Origin: Phycisphaera mikurensis NBRC 102666
GTDB lineage: Bacteria; Planctomycetota; Phycisphaerae; Phycisphaerales; Phycisphaeraceae
Assembly: GCF_000284115.1 (NCBI RefSeq)
Contig: NC_017080.1
Location: 3,120,001-3,152,000 of the forward strand
Reading direction: 5' to 3'
DNA length: 32,000 nucleotides
Position 1 is the first letter of the stretch, and each line of letters begins with the position of its first letter. Below the pieces are notes generated by a model, which had not been told where the DNA came from, did no database searches, and worked only from the letters and a program-made list of their open reading frames with translations. Below, in pieces: positions 7,644 through 16,586 of the stretch. A program made the position numbers and the translations under genes.

Positions 7644-8393
7644 TTAGGCGCGGCGTCGGCGGGTGGCCAGCAGCGCCAGGCCCGCGGCGGCGAGCGTCGC
7701 GGAGGCGGGCTCGGGGATGAAGAGCGTGGAGATCGTGTCGATGGCGAGGTCGGTCGCGCCGACCGTGAAGCCGTTGACCACCTTCGTGTTCCGGTTGTCG
7801 AACCCGACGATGATGCGGGAGACGTCGGTGAAATCGACGTTGGCGTAGTTCGCCGCGCTGAAGGCGAAGTACAGCGCCTGGTCGTCGCGGAGGCTGTCCG
7901 GCGCGTTGTCGCTGTCGAAGGCGAACGCGAGCTGGGGCAACGTCCCGCTGCCCGTGCCGGAATCGACCCGCACGAAGACGCGGCTCACGCCCTGGATTCC
8001 GCGGAAGTCGATGGCGAAGGCGTTGGAGGCGCCGCCGTCGGTGAGGTCGATTCCGCCGAGGTTGGCGTAATCCAGGTTCAGGTTGGCGAGGCCGTTGAAG
8101 CTGTCCGACAGCAGCAGCACGCCGCCGGGCGTGGAGCCGACGCCCAGGGCGGCACCGAAGGTCGCGGCGCTGACGGTGCCGCCGCCTTGACGGATCCGCA
8201 GGCTCGTCTTGCGGTCACCGCCGACGATCCCGGCGCCGCTCGACGTGGAGGAGACGGGCGCGGTGGAGGTGTCGCCGCGGAGGTTCAGCTCGAAGTCACC
8301 GGTCTCGAAGTCGTCGATGAGGACGGCGGAAGCGGCGGGAGCGAGAGCGACGGTGAGAGCGGAAAGGGCCGCGAGGCGAGGGAGTGAGAGCAC
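7644..8393 (-). CDS. PEP-CTERM sorting-domain surface/secreted protein
   Basis: The C-terminus is IPEPASATLAAAGLALLATRRRRA (PEP motif + TM helix + Arg cluster). A GTG at 8393-8391 is preceded by AGGAGA 9 nt upstream and gives signal peptide (M)LSLPRLAALSALTVALAPAASA. The Gly/Ser/Asp-rich body has no enzymatic motif. Confidence 0.85.
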   Translation of the reverse strand: MLSLPRLAALSALTVALAPAASAVLIDDFETGDFELNLRGDTSTAPVSSTSSGAGIVGGDRKTSLRIRQGGGTVSAATFGAALGVGSTPGGVLLLSDSFNGLANLNLDYANLGGIDLTDGGASNAFAIDFRGIQGVSRVFVRVDSGTGSGTLPQLAFAFDSDNAPDSLRDDQALYFAFSAANYANVDFTDVSRIIVGFDNRNTKVVNGFTVGATDLAIDTISTLFIPEPASATLAAAGLALLATRRRRA

Positions 8394-8504
8394 GGAAAAG
8401 ATCTCCTGAGGAGCTGCGTCGGACCGGAAGGATGCAGCGAACCGCGCCGGGTCGGCCGGCGGTGGGCTGCTCAGGGACCCCATGAGGTGGCCCCCTCCGG
8501 CCGG

Positions 8505-8533
8505 ACTTTAAGCCTCGGCTGAATGCATCGCAA
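8505..8533 (-). promoter_or_regulatory. Candidate sigma70-type promoter for the PEP-CTERM gene
   Basis: On the minus strand, TTGCGA-N17-TAAAGT lies in the only AT-richer patch of the spacer, about 110 nt upstream of the GTG start. This is pattern match only, and promoter consensus in this lineage is not known to me. Confidence 0.25.
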
Positions 8534-8668
8534 GAGGCAGCCGCCGGATTGGCGATGGTTTTTTTCGCTGGTTTTCGCTTGACAAAACGAATCCGAACCG
8601 TCACGGGCCCCATCTTGCCCAGCTTGCCAGGCCCGCGCCGCCGCGGCCGAATCCGCGTGGCCGGCGGC

Positions 8669-10219
8669 TCAAGCGAGCACGGCGGCCAGCTGGCCCTCGA
8701 CACCCGGTGCCGGCAGCGAACTCTCCCCCATCAGCCGCGTGTCGATCGCCCGCGCGGCGCCGCGACCCTCGGCGATGGCCCAGACGATCAGGCTCGCGCC
8801 GCGCCGGACGTCGCCGGCGGCGTAGACCTTCTCCACGCCCGTGCGGTAGCCGTCCTCCTCGGTGGCGATGCTGCCGTCGGCCGCGGTCTGCAGGCCGAAT
8901 CCATCCAGCAGCGCCGGCGTGTCGTGACCGGTGAAGCCGATCGAGAGCAGCACGAGGTCGGCCCGGAGCCGCTCGATCTCGCCGGTCGGGGTCGACTTCC
9001 AGCGGCCGTCGACTCTCTCCCAACGCAGCTTCTCGACCTCGACGAAGCCGACCCGCGAGGGGTCGTCGTCGCGGGCGACGAAGCCCTTGGGCAGCAAGCC
9101 GTAGCGCCGCGGATCCTGCTCGAACTGCGCCGAGCCTTCGGCGTGGCCGTAGTCGACGTAGAAGGTGCCGGTGGGTCCGGGCCAGGGGTGGTCCTCGTCG
9201 CGCTCGTCGGGCTCGCGTTCGCGACGCGTGATGTTCGTCACGCTCGCGGCGCCGTGCCGGATGGCGGTGCCGATGCAGTCGGTGCCGGTGTCGCCGCCGC
9301 CGATGACCACGACGTGCTTGCCTTCGGCGGAGAGGTAGTCGCCGTCGGCGAGGCCCGAGTCCAGCAGCGACTTGGTGTTGCGCCAGAGGAACGTCATCGC
9401 CTTCTCGACGCCCCCGAGTGAGCGACCGGGCAGGCCCGCGAGGTCGCGGCCCTTGAGCGCCCCGCAGGCGAGCAGCACGGCGTCGTAGTCGTCGATGAGG
9501 CGCTGCGGGTCGACGTTGCGGATCTCCGGGCCCGCCCCCGTGCCGAAGTCGCTCTGCGAGCCGCCGACGTTCGCGTGGGTGATGAAGGTGATGCCCGCCT
9601 GCCGCAGGAGGTCGACCCGCCGCTCGACGATCTTCTTCTCGAGCTTCATGTTGGGCACGCCGTACATGAGCAGCCCGCCGATGCGGTCGTCCCGCTCGTA
9701 CACCGTGACGTGGTGGCCGGCCTTGTTGAGCTGGTCGGCGGCGGCGAGGCCCGCCGGGCCCGAGCCGACGATGGCCACCGTCTTGCCGGTCCGTGCTTCG
9801 GGGGTGTTCGGGGTGACCCACCCCTCATCGAAGGCCCGGTCGATGATGGAGCACTCGATGCTCTTGATCGTCACCGGGCTCGCGTTGATGCCCAGGACGC
9901 AGGCCGACTCGCACGGTGCCGGGCAGATCCGCCCGGTGAACTCCGGGAAGTTGTTGGTCATCGTCAGACGCAGGTACGCCTCGTGCCACCGCTCGCGGTA
10001 GACCAGGTCGTTCCACTCGGGGATCTGGTTGTCGATCGGGCAGCCCGACTCGCTCTGGCAGAAGGGCACGCCGCAGTCCATGCAGCGGGCCCCCTGGTCC
10101 ATGAGCGTCTGGTCGTCGTGCCGCGCGTAGATCTCGTGGAAATCGCCGATGCGCAGCAGCGGATCCCTCGCGGGCATCGGCTGGCGCTCGTACTGCATGA
10201 ATCCGTTGGGTTGGCCCAT
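8669..10219 (-). CDS. gltD: Glutamate synthase (NADPH) small subunit
   Basis: ATG at 10219 gives MGQPNGFMQYERQPMPARDP. Fe-S Cys clusters are CMDCGVPFC and CPAPCESAC, and the dinucleotide fold is VAIVGSGPAGLAAA. Also present are GGLLMYGVPNMKL and VVVIGGGDTGTDC. 516 aa. Confidence 0.93.
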   Translation of the reverse strand: MGQPNGFMQYERQPMPARDPLLRIGDFHEIYARHDDQTLMDQGARCMDCGVPFCQSESGCPIDNQIPEWNDLVYRERWHEAYLRLTMTNNFPEFTGRICPAPCESACVLGINASPVTIKSIECSIIDRAFDEGWVTPNTPEARTGKTVAIVGSGPAGLAAADQLNKAGHHVTVYERDDRIGGLLMYGVPNMKLEKKIVERRVDLLRQAGITFITHANVGGSQSDFGTGAGPEIRNVDPQRLIDDYDAVLLACGALKGRDLAGLPGRSLGGVEKAMTFLWRNTKSLLDSGLADGDYLSAEGKHVVVIGGGDTGTDCIGTAIRHGAASVTNITRREREPDERDEDHPWPGPTGTFYVDYGHAEGSAQFEQDPRRYGLLPKGFVARDDDPSRVGFVEVEKLRWERVDGRWKSTPTGEIERLRADLVLLSIGFTGHDTPALLDGFGLQTAADGSIATEEDGYRTGVEKVYAAGDVRRGASLIVWAIAEGRGAARAIDTRLMGESSLPAPGVEGQLAAVLA

Positions 10220-10224
10220 AGAGC

Positions 10225-10245
10225 GGGGGGGGGTTGGGGGGGGGG
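10225..10245. repeat. Homopolymer pair G9-TT-G10 (C10-AA-C9 on the gltD sense strand)
   Basis: Read directly: g x9 (10225-10233), tt, g x10 (10236-10245). It ends 5 nt upstream of the gltD ATG (minus strand: CCCCCCCCCCAACCCCCCCCCGCTCTATG). Confidence 0.95.
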
Positions 10246-10530
10246 CAGGAGCAAGCGAAGAAGCGAGGAAGCGAAGAAGCGGAGAAGTCAGGCAACGCAG
10301 CGGCAAAGCCGCTCGCTCCGAGAGGACCACGATCGCAAGCCTCCACCCGCAGTCTTCTCCAGATCGTCACTTCGCCGCTTCTTCACTTCTTCACTTCTTC
10401 GCTTCTTCGCTTCTTCACTTCTTCACTTCTTCACTTCTTCACTTCTTCGCTTCTTCGCTTCTTCGCTTCTCCGCTTCTTCGCTTCTTCGCTTCTCCGCTT
10501 CTCCGCTTCTCCGCTTCTCCGCTTCTCCGC
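10246..10530. repeat. Composite octamer-repeat element, copy B (gltB-gltD spacer)
   Basis: The left purine arm is GCAAGC + GAAGAAGC GAGGAAGC GAAGAAGC GGAGAAGT (10251-10288). The spacer has hairpin AGCGGC-aaa-GCCGCT (10299-10313). Then come 19 exact-period 8-nt units at 10377-10528 (7x GCTTCTTC, 6x ACTTCTTC, 6x GCTTCTCC, arranged in blocks), ending 2 nt from the gltB stop codon. Confidence 0.92.
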
Positions 10531-13500
10531 TCATCCCAGCCCCAACTCGAGCGCGCCCGGCTGATTCTCCACCGCCGTCGCCCGCTTCTGCCGCTCGAGC
10601 ACCCGGCGGTAGTCGATGGGCATCACCTTCTTGAAGAGCTTCACGCTCTTCTCCCAGTTCTGCAGCACCTTGTCGGCGACGGCGGAGCCGGTGAGGCGGG
10701 CGTGCTCGACGATGAGGTGCTGGAGCTCCTCGGCGTCGCCGAGGGCGTCGGGGCCGTCGATGCGTTCGAGCTCCACCATGCCGAGGTTGCAGTGCTGGAG
10801 CAGCGTGTCGTCGCGGTCGAGCACGTAGGCGATGCCGCCGGACATGCCGGCCGCGAAGTTGCGGCCGACCCCGCCGAGGATGACGGCCCGGCCGCCGGTC
10901 ATGTACTCGCAGCCGTGGTCCCCGACGCCCTCGACCACCGCCAAAGCCCCGGAGTTGCGGACGCAGAAGCGCTCGGCCGCCACGCCGCGGAAGTAGGCCT
11001 CGCCGGAGGTCGCCCCGTAGAGCGCCACGTTGCCGATGAGGATGTTGTCCTCGGCCTTGAAGCCCGAGGCGGCCGGCGGCTTGACCACGATGCGGCCGCC
11101 GGAGAGCCCCTTGCCGACGTAGTCGTTCGCGTCGCCGGTGACGGTGATCGACACGCCGCGGGTGAGCCACGCGCCCAGGCTCTGGCCCGCGGAGCCGCGG
11201 AGCCGCACGTCGATGGTGTGCGGCGGCAGGCCGCCGGCGCCGTGGCGCTTGCTGACCTCCCAGGAGAGCATCGTGCCCACGGTCCGGTTGAGGTTGGTCA
11301 CCGGCAGCTCGATGCTCACCGGCGTCTGGTGCTCGAGCGCCGGCATCGCCTCGGCGATGAGCCGGTTGTCGATGTGGCCCTCGACGCCGTGGTCCTGGCC
11401 CTCGCACTTGAACGCCTTCGCGTCGGCACGCGGGCCCTTCGCCGGGAGCAGCAGCGCGGAGAGGTCCAGGCCGTGGGCCTTCCACGCGTCGACGGCCGCC
11501 CGGGTGCGGAGCAGCTCAACGCGGCCGACGAGCTCCTCGATCGTCCGCACGCCCATCTTGGCCATGTAGCCGCGGGCTTCCTCGGCGACGAGGAAGAGGT
11601 AGTTGAGCACGTGCTCGGGCGTGCCGTTGAACTTCGCCCGCAGGTCGGGGTCCTGCGTGCAGACCCCGACCGGGCAGGTGTTCAGGTGGCACTTGCGCAT
11701 CATGATGCAGCCCATCGTGATCATCGGGGCGGTCGAGAAGCCGAACTCCTCGGCCCCCAAGCACGCGGCGATGACCACGTCGCGGCCGGTCTTGAAGCCG
11801 CCGTCGGTTTCGAGCGAGACGCGGGAGCGGAGCCCGTTGAGCACCAGCGTCTGGTGCGCCTCGGCCAGCCCCAGCTCCCAGGGCAACCCGGCGTGCTTGA
11901 TGCTGGTGAGCGGGCTGGCCCCCGTGCCGCCGTCGGCGCCGGAGATGAGGATGTGGTCCGCCTTGGCCTTGGCCACGCCCGCGGCCACGGTGCCCACGCC
12001 CACCTCGGCGACGAGCTTGACGCTCACGTCGGCGACGGGGTTGCTGCGCTTGAGGTCGTGGATGAGCTGCGCGAGGTCCTCGATGGAGTAGATGTCGTGG
12101 TGCGGCGGCGGGCTGATGAGGCCCACGCCCGGCGTCGAGTGCCGGATGCCCGCGATGTACGGATCGACCTTGAAGCCGGGCAGCTGCCCGCCCTCGCCGG
12201 GCTTGGCGCCTTGAGCGATCTTGATTTGCAGGCGGTCGGCGTTGGCCAGGTAATGGCTGGTGACGCCGAAGCGGCCCGAGGCGATCTGCTTGATGGCGGA
12301 CCGCTTGCTCTTGACGCTGCCGTCGGGGTACTGGGCGAGCGAGAAGCGCTTCGGGTCCTCGCCGCCCTCGCCGGAGTTGGACAGCCCGCCCACGCGGTTC
12401 ATCGCCAGCGCGAGCGTCTCGTGGGCCTCCTTGGAGAGGGCGCCCAGGGACATGGCGCCGGTGCGGAAACGCTTCACGATCTCCTTGGCGGGCTCGACCT
12501 CGTCGATCGAGATCGCGACCGTGGGCAGGCCGTCCAGCTCGCGCTCCACCACGGCGTGCGGGTCGGGCCGGGCCTCGATCTCTTCGGGCGTCAGGCGGGC
12601 CTGCCCGGGCACGCCGGGCGCGGTGAGCGCTTCGGTGAAGGCCTCGCCGTCGCCGTCGAAGGGCCCGTCTTGCAGGTCGCCGTGGGTCTTCGGCTTGGGC
12701 TCGTCGGCGTAGCGCATCTCCAGCAGGCCGCGGAGCGAGCCCTGGTGCTTCGCGTCGTCGTTGCAGAAGCGGGCGTACTGGTCGTAGGCGACCCGGCTGT
12801 TCGAGCGGCTCGCGGCCTGCAGGCTCGCGACCACCTGCGGGCTCCAGCCGTGCCGCTCGCCGCCGGGCCGCCAGGCGTACTCGCCGGGGTTGGGCAGCTG
12901 GGCGAGGCGCACGAGCTCGCGGCGCGGGAAGCCGATCGCGTGGCGCCGCAGCGACTCCGCGGCGATGACGTCCAACCCGGCTCCGGAGATCCGCGAGGCG
13001 GTGCCGACGAAGGCCCGGTCGATCGTCTCCTGCCCGAGGCCGACGGCCTCGAAGATCTGGGCCCCGTGGTAGCTGGCGAGCGTGGAGATGCCCATCTTGG
13101 ACATCACCTTCTGCAAGCCGAGGCCGATGGATTTCGCGAGGAGCCGCTCGATCTTCTCGTCGGTCAGCGTCTCGTCGAGCACGCCCTCCTCGCGGAGGCC
13201 GCGGATCGCCTGCACCGCGAGGTACGGGTTCACCGCGTCGACGCCGTACCCGAAGAGCGTGGCGAAGTGATGCACCTCGCGGGCCTCGCCCGATTCGAGC
13301 ACGAGTCCGATCCGCGTGCGGCTGTGCGTGCGGACGAGGTGGTGGTGGACGGCGCCGACGGCGAGCAGCGAGGGGATGGCGACCCGATCCGCCGAGACGC
13401 CGCGGTCGGAGAGCACGAGCACGCGCGAGCCCGCGGCGATCGCCGCGTCGGCCTCGTCGCAGAGCCGCTGGAGCGCCGCCCGCAGCGGGTCGCCCGCGGC

Positions 13501-15453
13501 CCGCAGGTCGCCGGGCTCCCCCGCGTTGCCGGCGCCGGCGCGGACGGCGGTCTCGCGGCGGTCCGGCCGCATCGCCTCCTCGTCCTGGGGGTCCGGGCGG
13601 TCGAAGGTGACGTCCAGCGTCGTCGAGGTCCAGCCGCGGGAGCCGGGCCGGCCGTCGAGCTTCTTGATCGAGGCCATCTCGGCGTCGGTGAGCACCGGCT
13701 GGGCGAGGTGCAGCCGGTGGCACTGCGCCGCGGTGGTGTCCAGCAGGTTGCCCTCGGGGCCGACCAGCGCGTCGAGCGCCATGATCAGCGTCTCGCGCAG
13801 CGGGTCGATCGGCGGGTTGGTCACCTGCGCGAAGAGCTGCTTGAAGTAGTCGTAGAGCAGGCGCGGCTGGTCGCTGAGCACGGCCAGCGCGGCGTCGTTG
13901 CCCATCGAACCCAGCGCCTCCTTGGAGTTCTTGCCGGCCGAAACCATCGGCAGCAGCAGCTGGTAGACGTGCTCGGTCGTGTAGCCGAAAGCCTGGAGCA
14001 GGCGGAGCCGCTCCTCGCCGTCGGGTGCCCGCTCGGGCAGCGCCTCGGGCAGGTCGTCCAGCCGGATCTTCTGCTCGCGCAGCCACTGGGCGTAGGGCCG
14101 CTTCTCGGCGATCCCCCGCTTGAGCTCCTCGTCGGGGATGATGCGTCCCTGCTCGAAGTCGACCAGCAGCATCCGCCCCGGCTGGAGCCGTCCCTTCCGG
14201 ACGATCGTCTCGGGCGCGACGTCCACGACGCCGACCTCGCTGGCGAGGATCACCCGGTCGTCGTCGGTCACGTAATACCGAGAGGGCCGCAACCCGTTGC
14301 GGTCGAGCGTGGCGCCGATCGTGCGGCCGTCGGAGAAGCCCACGCTCGCCGGGCCGTCCCAGGGCTCGATGAGGTTCGCGTGGTACTCGTAGAACGCGCG
14401 CTTCTTGAGCCCCATCGACTCGTGGTGCTCCCACGCCTCGGGGATCATCATCATCATCGCCTCGGGCAGCGAACGCCCCGCCATCATCAGCAGCTCGAGC
14501 ACGTTGTCGAAGGTGCCCGAGTCGCTGTTCGCGGGGTTGATGATCGGAAACAGGTCGTCCATGTCGCCGAGCAGCTCGCTGTGGAGCAGCCCCTGCCGGG
14601 CCTCCATCCAGTTGCGGTTGCCGCGGACCGTGTTGATCTCGCCGTTGTGGCACATCCAGCGGCACGGCTGCGCCCGGTCCCAGCTGGGGAAGGTGTTCGT
14701 CGAGAAACGCGAGTGCACCATCGCCAGGTGGCTCTGGTAGTCCTCGTCGCGGAGGTCGGGGAAGTACGCCGGCACCTGCGTCGAGAGCAGCTGGCCCTTG
14801 TAGACCAGCGTCCGGCTCGACAGCGAGCACACGTAGAAGAGGTGGCCGTCGACCATCTCCGAGCCTCCGGCCTCGCACGCTTCGCGGACGCTGCGGACCA
14901 CGCGGCTGCGGAGGCGGAAGAGCGAGCGGTCGAAGGCGTCGCCCCGCTCGTCGGCGTCGAGCGACGCGGGCCGCCGGACGAACAGCTGCTCCATCGCCGG
15001 CTCGGTCCGCAGCGCCGAGGGTCCGATGCCCGCCCCGGCGGCATCGGTGGGGAGCTTCCGCCAGCCCAGAAGCTCGACGCCCTCCGCCTCCGCCGCCCCG
15101 GCGACGAGCGCGCGGCACCGCTCCCGCGTCGCCTCGTCCTGCGGGAAGAAGACGTTGCCGCAGCCGTACGCGCCCGGCTCGGGCAGCTCGATGCCGGCTT
15201 CCGCCTGCGCCACGCGGCGCAGCAGCGTGTGCGGCATCGCGGTGGTGATCCCGGCGCCGTCGCCGGTGTTGTCCTCGCAGCCGCAGGCGCCGCGGTGGTC
15301 CATGCGGGAGAGCATCTCCAGCGCATCGGCAACGATCGCGTGGCTGCGCTTGCCCTTCATGTGGGCGATGAAGCCCATCCCGCAGGCGTCGTGCTCGTAC
15401 GCGGGGTCGTACAGGCCGCGGGCGTCGGGGAGGCTGGAGGGGGCGGTCGTCAT
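10531..15453 (-). CDS. gltB: Glutamate synthase (NADPH) large subunit
   Basis: ATG at 15453 gives MTTAPSSLPDARGLYDPAYEHDACGMGFIAHMKGKRSH (Ntn amidotransferase Cys). The central FMN/Fe-S domains are recognisable, and the C-terminal GXGXG domain is GNVALYGATSGEAYFRGVAAERFCVRNSGA. 1640 aa. The upstream 102 codons of the ORF call are Arg/Pro/Gly junk. Confidence 0.95.
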   Translation of the reverse strand: MTTAPSSLPDARGLYDPAYEHDACGMGFIAHMKGKRSHAIVADALEMLSRMDHRGACGCEDNTGDGAGITTAMPHTLLRRVAQAEAGIELPEPGAYGCGNVFFPQDEATRERCRALVAGAAEAEGVELLGWRKLPTDAAGAGIGPSALRTEPAMEQLFVRRPASLDADERGDAFDRSLFRLRSRVVRSVREACEAGGSEMVDGHLFYVCSLSSRTLVYKGQLLSTQVPAYFPDLRDEDYQSHLAMVHSRFSTNTFPSWDRAQPCRWMCHNGEINTVRGNRNWMEARQGLLHSELLGDMDDLFPIINPANSDSGTFDNVLELLMMAGRSLPEAMMMMIPEAWEHHESMGLKKRAFYEYHANLIEPWDGPASVGFSDGRTIGATLDRNGLRPSRYYVTDDDRVILASEVGVVDVAPETIVRKGRLQPGRMLLVDFEQGRIIPDEELKRGIAEKRPYAQWLREQKIRLDDLPEALPERAPDGEERLRLLQAFGYTTEHVYQLLLPMVSAGKNSKEALGSMGNDAALAVLSDQPRLLYDYFKQLFAQVTNPPIDPLRETLIMALDALVGPEGNLLDTTAAQCHRLHLAQPVLTDAEMASIKKLDGRPGSRGWTSTTLDVTFDRPDPQDEEAMRPDRRETAVRAGAGNAGEPGDLRAAGDPLRAALQRLCDEADAAIAAGSRVLVLSDRGVSADRVAIPSLLAVGAVHHHLVRTHSRTRIGLVLESGEAREVHHFATLFGYGVDAVNPYLAVQAIRGLREEGVLDETLTDEKIERLLAKSIGLGLQKVMSKMGISTLASYHGAQIFEAVGLGQETIDRAFVGTASRISGAGLDVIAAESLRRHAIGFPRRELVRLAQLPNPGEYAWRPGGERHGWSPQVVASLQAASRSNSRVAYDQYARFCNDDAKHQGSLRGLLEMRYADEPKPKTHGDLQDGPFDGDGEAFTEALTAPGVPGQARLTPEEIEARPDPHAVVERELDGLPTVAISIDEVEPAKEIVKRFRTGAMSLGALSKEAHETLALAMNRVGGLSNSGEGGEDPKRFSLAQYPDGSVKSKRSAIKQIASGRFGVTSHYLANADRLQIKIAQGAKPGEGGQLPGFKVDPYIAGIRHSTPGVGLISPPPHHDIYSIEDLAQLIHDLKRSNPVADVSVKLVAEVGVGTVAAGVAKAKADHILISGADGGTGASPLTSIKHAGLPWELGLAEAHQTLVLNGLRSRVSLETDGGFKTGRDVVIAACLGAEEFGFSTAPMITMGCIMMRKCHLNTCPVGVCTQDPDLRAKFNGTPEHVLNYLFLVAEEARGYMAKMGVRTIEELVGRVELLRTRAAVDAWKAHGLDLSALLLPAKGPRADAKAFKCEGQDHGVEGHIDNRLIAEAMPALEHQTPVSIELPVTNLNRTVGTMLSWEVSKRHGAGGLPPHTIDVRLRGSAGQSLGAWLTRGVSITVTGDANDYVGKGLSGGRIVVKPPAASGFKAEDNILIGNVALYGATSGEAYFRGVAAERFCVRNSGALAVVEGVGDHGCEYMTGGRAVILGGVGRNFAAGMSGGIAYVLDRDDTLLQHCNLGMVELERIDGPDALGDAEELQHLIVEHARLTGSAVADKVLQNWEKSVKLFKKVMPIDYRRVLERQKRATAVENQPGALELGLG

Positions 15454-15509
15454 GGCGTGGGGCGTCGCGGTGCCGGGCGTGCGCGTGCGGGAGAAGCTTC
15501 GGGGCGGGT

Positions 15510-16538
15510 TCAGGCCAGCGTGGTCGCCGGCCGCTTTCGCGGGAGCGGGAGCGGGAGCGGGCGGCGGCCGCGGACCGCCGCCCGCCCGGGGGACGGGGGC
15601 TCGCGGTCCGCGGCGCTCTCGGCGAGCAGCGCCTCCGCGAAAGCGGTGGCTTCGGGTCGGGCCGTCTTCCCGCGGGGGAAGAGCAAGCCGATGGGCCGGC
15701 AGAGCGGCGGGTTCAGGGCCACGGCGACCAGCGTCCCGGCCTCCAGCTCCGCGGCGCACGGCCGCAGGGGCAGGACCGCGAAGCGGCCGGTGTCGGCCAC
15801 GGCGGCCTTGAGCGTGTCGAGGTTGTCGAAGCGGTGGCCTCCCGTGAACGTCACCCCGGCGGCCTCAAAGTAGGCGTCGGTCGCCCGGCCCACCGGCAGC
15901 TCCGGATCGAAGCGCAGGATCGCGTGGCCGGCGAGGTGCCGCGCGGCCACGGACGCTTCCCGGGCGAGCGCATGCGTGGGCGGGCACACCACCGCCATGG
16001 GTTCCTCCCGCAGCGGCCAGACCCGCATGCCCGCGAAGCCGGCCGGGAACGAGACGACGCCGAAGTCGGCCTCGCCGCCGCGGACCGCGTCCGCCACCCC
16101 CTGCGGCGACGCGTAGTCGATGCGGACCCGGACGCCGCGGGCCGGACCCGACCCGGCGCCGCGGACCGCGCCGCTCCGGACCGCCTCCACGTGGCGGTCC
16201 GCGGCGCCTCCGAGCCAAGCGATCCCGGCCGAGTAGATCGCCGCCACCCGCACCACCGCCGGGCCGGCGTCGGCGTCGAGCGAAGCCGCGACGTCCTCGA
16301 CCAGCCGCTCGTGCGCGGCCAAAAGCGTGCGGCAGCCCTCCGCGTACCGCCGCCCGGGCTCCGTGAGCGCCGGCGGGCGGACGCCGCGGTCCAGCAGCTT
16401 CGCACCGAGCTTCGCCTCCAGCTGCGCCACCCGCTGGCTTGCCGCCGGCTGGGTGACGCCATGCCGCTCCGCCGCGCGCGAGAACGAACGCGTGTCCGCC
16501 ACGTCGAGGAAGAGCCGGAGGTTGGCAAAGTCGTCCAT
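15510..16538 (-). CDS. LysR-family transcriptional regulator (possible glutamate synthase regulator)
   Basis: ATG at 16538 gives MDDFANLRLFLDVADTRSFSRAAERHGVTQPAASQRVAQLEAKLGAKLLDR (wHTH), followed by a LysR substrate-binding domain. It ends 56 nt upstream of gltB on the same strand. Confidence 0.88.
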   Translation of the reverse strand: MDDFANLRLFLDVADTRSFSRAAERHGVTQPAASQRVAQLEAKLGAKLLDRGVRPPALTEPGRRYAEGCRTLLAAHERLVEDVAASLDADAGPAVVRVAAIYSAGIAWLGGAADRHVEAVRSGAVRGAGSGPARGVRVRIDYASPQGVADAVRGGEADFGVVSFPAGFAGMRVWPLREEPMAVVCPPTHALAREASVAARHLAGHAILRFDPELPVGRATDAYFEAAGVTFTGGHRFDNLDTLKAAVADTGRFAVLPLRPCAAELEAGTLVAVALNPPLCRPIGLLFPRGKTARPEATAFAEALLAESAADREPPSPGRAAVRGRRPLPLPLPRKRPATTLA

Positions 16539-16541
16539 GGG

Positions 16542-16586
16542 ATCAGCTGTACTGATGCTGCGGGAGAGTCCATCAGTGTAGCTGAT
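16542..16586. promoter_or_regulatory. Two LysR-type T-N11-A boxes (ATCAG-N5-CTGAT) in the lysR/dacB divergent spacer
   Basis: The boxes are ATCAGCTGTACTGAT (16542-16556) and ATCAGTGTAGCTGAT (16572-16586). Each is an interrupted palindrome fitting T-N11-A, spaced 30 bp start-to-start. The first lies 4 nt upstream of the LysR ATG. Confidence 0.45.

Noticed and set aside
8637-8668. An imperfect GC hairpin (GCCGCCG...CGGCGGC) immediately after the gltD stop, as a terminator.
   Set aside because: The stem is interrupted and no U-tract follows on the minus strand. This is plausible but too weak to list as a feature.
10234-15873. An 1879-aa + strand ORF, plus the 1200-aa ORF at 11516-15118 (-) and other long ORFs overlapping gltB.
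   Set aside because: They are antisense or off-frame to an unmistakable glutamate synthase large subunit. Their translations are low-complexity Arg/Ala/Gly/Pro/Asp strings with no motifs. Long stop-free shadow frames are expected at this GC content.
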